Of a stretch of DNA of 64,000 nucleotides, positions 61,095 to 64,000 are shown one piece after another. Numbering within the stretch: the first letter of the stretch is position 1; every line of letters starts with the position of its first letter. The stretch comes from Thermodesulfobacteriota bacterium (GTDB taxonomy: Bacteria > Desulfobacterota_D > UBA1144 > Nemesobacterales > Mycalebacteriaceae). The notes beneath the pieces were generated by a model. That model did no database searches, was not told where the DNA came from, and saw only the letters and a list, made by a program, of their open reading frames with translations. The position numbers and the translations under genes were made by a program. The stretch spans positions 1-64,000 of the forward strand of contig CBDAQI010000011.1 of NCBI GenBank assembly GCA_965198945.1. Direction: 5' to 3'.

Positions 61095-61658
61095 TTAGCC
61101 GGATAACTCACGATAGCGAAAGCAATCAACCGTATGGTCATTGACCATACCCACCGCTTGCATAAAAGCGTAACAAATTGTTGAACCCACAAAGGTAAAA
61201 CCGCGTTTCTTTAAATCTTTAGACATTTTATCGGATACCTCGGTATTGGCCGGTATTTCTGATAATGACCGCCATGCATTCTGGATCACTTTGCCGTCGG
61301 TAAACTGCCAGATGTAATTATTAAATGTGCCAAATTCCTCCCGCACCTTAATAAAAGCCTTTGCGTTTGTTACCGTGCCGTTTACTTTGAGTTTATTTCT
61401 AATAATACCGGGATTATTCATCAATGACTTTATCCTGGTTGCTTTATAGTTTGCGACTTTATTAAAATCAAACCGGTCAAACACCTCGCGGTAAACCGGG
61501 CGCTTGCGTAATACCGTGATCCAGCTCAAACCGGCCTGGGCAGCTTCCAGAACCAGAAATTCAAATAATTTCCGATCGGTATGGACCGGGACACCCCACT
61601 CCCTGTCGTGATACTTAATATTGAGTGTGTCATCCCCACACCATTCACACCTAATCAT
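61095..61658 (-). CDS. tag: DNA-3-methyladenine glycosylase I
   Basis: RC.W, YHD.EWG.P, LE..QAGLSW, GF.FVG..ICY.FMQA.G..NDH...C. Confidence 0.96.
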   Translation of the reverse strand: MIRCEWCGDDTLNIKYHDREWGVPVHTDRKLFEFLVLEAAQAGLSWITVLRKRPVYREVFDRFDFNKVANYKATRIKSLMNNPGIIRNKLKVNGTVTNAKAFIKVREEFGTFNNYIWQFTDGKVIQNAWRSLSEIPANTEVSDKMSKDLKKRGFTFVGSTICYAFMQAVGMVNDHTVDCFRYRELSG

Positions 61659-61836
61659 GGCAAGCTTCCTTCATTGTTATTCAAATCAAAAAATTATTGA
61701 TGATACTTTAACATTATTTTGTACCTGTTTATGTGGCTGATAGATTTTGTCGTTTGGGTGGGTGGTGATAAAGGATTTGAAGGAGAGGGTTTTGGGTTTT
61801 CAGGGGGAAAAGGCGAAGATGGTTCAGCTTTCCTCC

Positions 61837-62495
61837 GTCATTCCCGCCCCGTTTTCACGGGGACAAGTTTGCGCGGTAATCCAGAATAACACTGAGAATA
61901 CCTTCAAGTCTTCTGATTTGATTTTTATTTTTATATGTGCAATTTTCCGCGAGGGGGGTGCCGGGTGTAATTTTTGCGATTATGAATACTGGATTCCCGT
62001 TTCTTTTCCGTCATTTCCGTTTTTTCTTTCGTCATTCCCGTGCAAGCGGGAATCTAGCATAACGCTGAGAATGCCTTCAAGTCTTCTGATTTGATTTTAT
62101 TTTTATATGTGCAATTTTCCGCGAGGGGTGCGGTGTGCAATTTTTGTGATTATGAATACTGGATTCCCGTTTCCACGGGAATGACGACGGGGGTGTTTTT
62201 CTCGTCATTTCCGCGAACGCATGTCCCCATCCCCGTTTTCACAGGGACATGCGTTCATGAGGACAATCTTCCACGGGAATGACGAAGGAGGTGTTTTTCT
62301 GTCATTCCTGCTTTTTCCCCATCATTTCCCGAAAGCGGGAATCCGGCATAACAATATGAATGCATTTAACTTTTCGGATTTTCATTCTTGCTTCTGCGGT
62401 TACAATCTTTTCCATGAATAATACTATTGCTGATTCCTTTGCTTCCGGTATTGAAAGAACCGCTCGTGAAATTCCGGATTCCCGTTTCCCGGGGT
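61837..62495. repeat. Array of palindrome-spacer-palindrome units
   Basis: Palindromes at 61837, 61989, 62031, 62159, 62205, 62322 and 62475; spacers 61894-62002 and 62067-62172 are near-identical. Confidence 0.85.
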
Positions 62496-62539
62496 GGCAA
62501 AACTCCGCCGGAATATAGTGGTAAACACACTGTCGCCAA

Positions 62540-64000
62540 ATGAAATACGACGCAAAAAATAAAAAAGACGTCCCGCCACCAGTGCCGGAGCCGGAAGAAT
62601 TTTTCCCCGAAGCGGTCATTGTCGGAGAAAAAACTTTTATGAATCCCGATGATGTCGCGTCTTATTTTCTCCCCGGAGGAAAAGTGGAAAAAACCTTTGG
62701 CGAGGGATACGAATTCAGAAAACATCAACAGTCCCTTGTGCGCGAAATCGCATCGGCTTTCAACGGCGACCACTTCTCGCTTCTTGAAGCGCCCACGGGC
62801 ATAGGAAAAACGCTTTCATATCTTCTGCCCGCAGCCAAATGGGCTGTTTTGAGCGGAGAGAAAGTCATTATTTCAACAAACACAATCAATCTTCAGGATC
62901 AAATTATCAGCAAGGGTATTCCTCTTCTTGGCGATGTTCTTGGACACAGGGTGGAATACGCTCTGGCAAAAGGGATGAGAAATTATCTGTGCCTGCTTCG
63001 TATGAATGAAGTGAAAAGCGAACTGCCGTTTGGACAGGGTTCCCGTCATTCCCGCGAAAGCGGGAATCCAGTATCGGGAGAGGCTACCGGAGAACTCCGG
63101 ACTCCCGAAGTGGTTTCCAAAGAGACCGGTTTGCACGGAAATGAAGAAATAAACCGCACAGACTTCGCGCGGGACGGGGAGGACGAGGCGCGGAGAATAA
63201 TTGAATGGGGAGAGAAAACCCGCGACGGTTCGGTTCCTGATATGGGCTGGACTCCTTCTGAGCGCCAGTGGGACAGGTTTGCCGCGGAAAGCGAAAGCTG
63301 TGTGAGAAGAGACTGCCCGCACTACGGCGAATGTTTCTTTTTCAAGGCGAGAAGGAAAATTGCCAAAGCTGACCTGATAGTTGTCAATCACCATCTTCTT
63401 TTTGCTGATATTTCCATCAAACATTCGGCGGGAAAAGATGACGCGGGTGTTCTGCCCCCGGCGGGCAGGCTTGTGATAGACGAAGCGCATAACATCGCAG
63501 GCTCCGCCACGGTTCATTTCACATTGAAGACATCCAGCCTCGGTGTTGCGAAAACTCTGAACCGTCTCACGCGCGCGGCTTCCCGCTCAGTCCGTCTCGC
63601 CGCAATGAACGGGAGCGCCACGGACGGACGCGTGTTGGAAATCCTTTCCGCAATGCGCAAGGTTCTGCTGCCGAGGATAAAAAAAGTGGAAAAGTCTTCC
63701 GGGCGATTTTTTGAATCACTGCGCAAATCCTTTGAAAAGGTCTCCGGAAAGGGGGTTCGTCGTTTCAGTGTTCGCGTTATGGATAGTGATCTTGAACAAG
63801 GCGGCCGGTGGGAGCAAGCCGCTTCTCTGTGTCCGGAAATGAGCGCCGGCATGGCGGATCTGTCGGGCGAGGTGAGCAAAGCTCTCGCCGTTCTCGGCGA
63901 ATCGGGGGGTGATGAAACTGTCGGTATTACGGCTGAGTTGAAAGCGGTTTTTGCGGGTCTTGTTCGTCACTGTGATGTGATACGCAGTTTTGCCGACACG
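62540..64000 (+). CDS. dinG: DinG/YoaA family Fe-S helicase (5' part, runs off the window)
   Basis: EAPTGIGKTLSYL, STNTINLQDQ, KGMRNYLC, C....CP....CF, VNHHLL, DEAH; open from ATG 62540. Confidence 0.92.
   Translation, partial: MKYDAKNKKDVPPPVPEPEEFFPEAVIVGEKTFMNPDDVASYFLPGGKVEKTFGEGYEFRKHQQSLVREIASAFNGDHFSLLEAPTGIGKTLSYLLPAAKWAVLSGEKVIISTNTINLQDQIISKGIPLLGDVLGHRVEYALAKGMRNYLCLLRMNEVKSELPFGQGSRHSRESGNPVSGEATGELRTPEVVSKETGLHGNEEINRTDFARDGEDEARRIIEWGEKTRDGSVPDMGWTPSERQWDRFAAESESCVRRDCPHYGECFFFKARRKIAKADLIVVNHHLLFADISIKHSAGKDDAGVLPPAGRLVIDEAHNIAGSATVHFTLKTSSLGVAKTLNRLTRAASRSVRLAAMNGSATDGRVLEILSAMRKVLLPRIKKVEKSSGRFFESLRKSFEKVSGKGVRRFSVRVMDSDLEQGGRWEQAASLCPEMSAGMADLSGEVSKALAVLGESGGDETVGITAELKAVFAGLVRHCDVIRSFADT

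Noticed and set aside
61837..62495. CRISPR array
   Set aside because: Repeats alternate in orientation, spacers are ~110 bp and duplicated, and there are no cas genes.

Overview
Bacterial chromosomal window of mostly housekeeping genes: recG 3' end, aroC, ccmABC, purD, glmS/glmU, ssb, rpoZ, hisIE, aspS, fmt, nadK, prfB with its programmed frameshift, apbC, sucAB, era, rarA, gloA, uvrC, miaB, ispH, glnK-amtB-porin, pilM/pilQ, rnr, tag, dinG, tRNA-Phe and tRNA-Ser. The gene style looks deltaproteobacterial or Dadabacteria-like, but that is a guess. The main candidate system is a family of four dispersed paralogues (825, 23886 on the minus strand, 29922, 42876). They share an unrecognised ~140-aa N-terminal domain and a variable-length IAxGAVT decapeptide stalk. 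Three of them also share a DDSVGL..GFD linker, a promoter/leader and phage-tail-fibre-like C-terminal modules. One copy is a clear mosaic of two others (236-bp patch, 1 mismatch), the rest are broken or split, no phage genes surround them, and all lie near dRS3-like palindromic repeats. Other signals: the same palindrome inserted in frame inside dinG, a RAYT transposase whose catalytic Tyr is His, four tandem sigma70 promoters ahead of glnK-amtB, a PilN/PilP-like fusion with an out-of-frame pilQ signal peptide, and two split FmdB zinc-ribbon proteins. All comparisons were made by eye with no database searches. Single-base lesions could be assembly errors.
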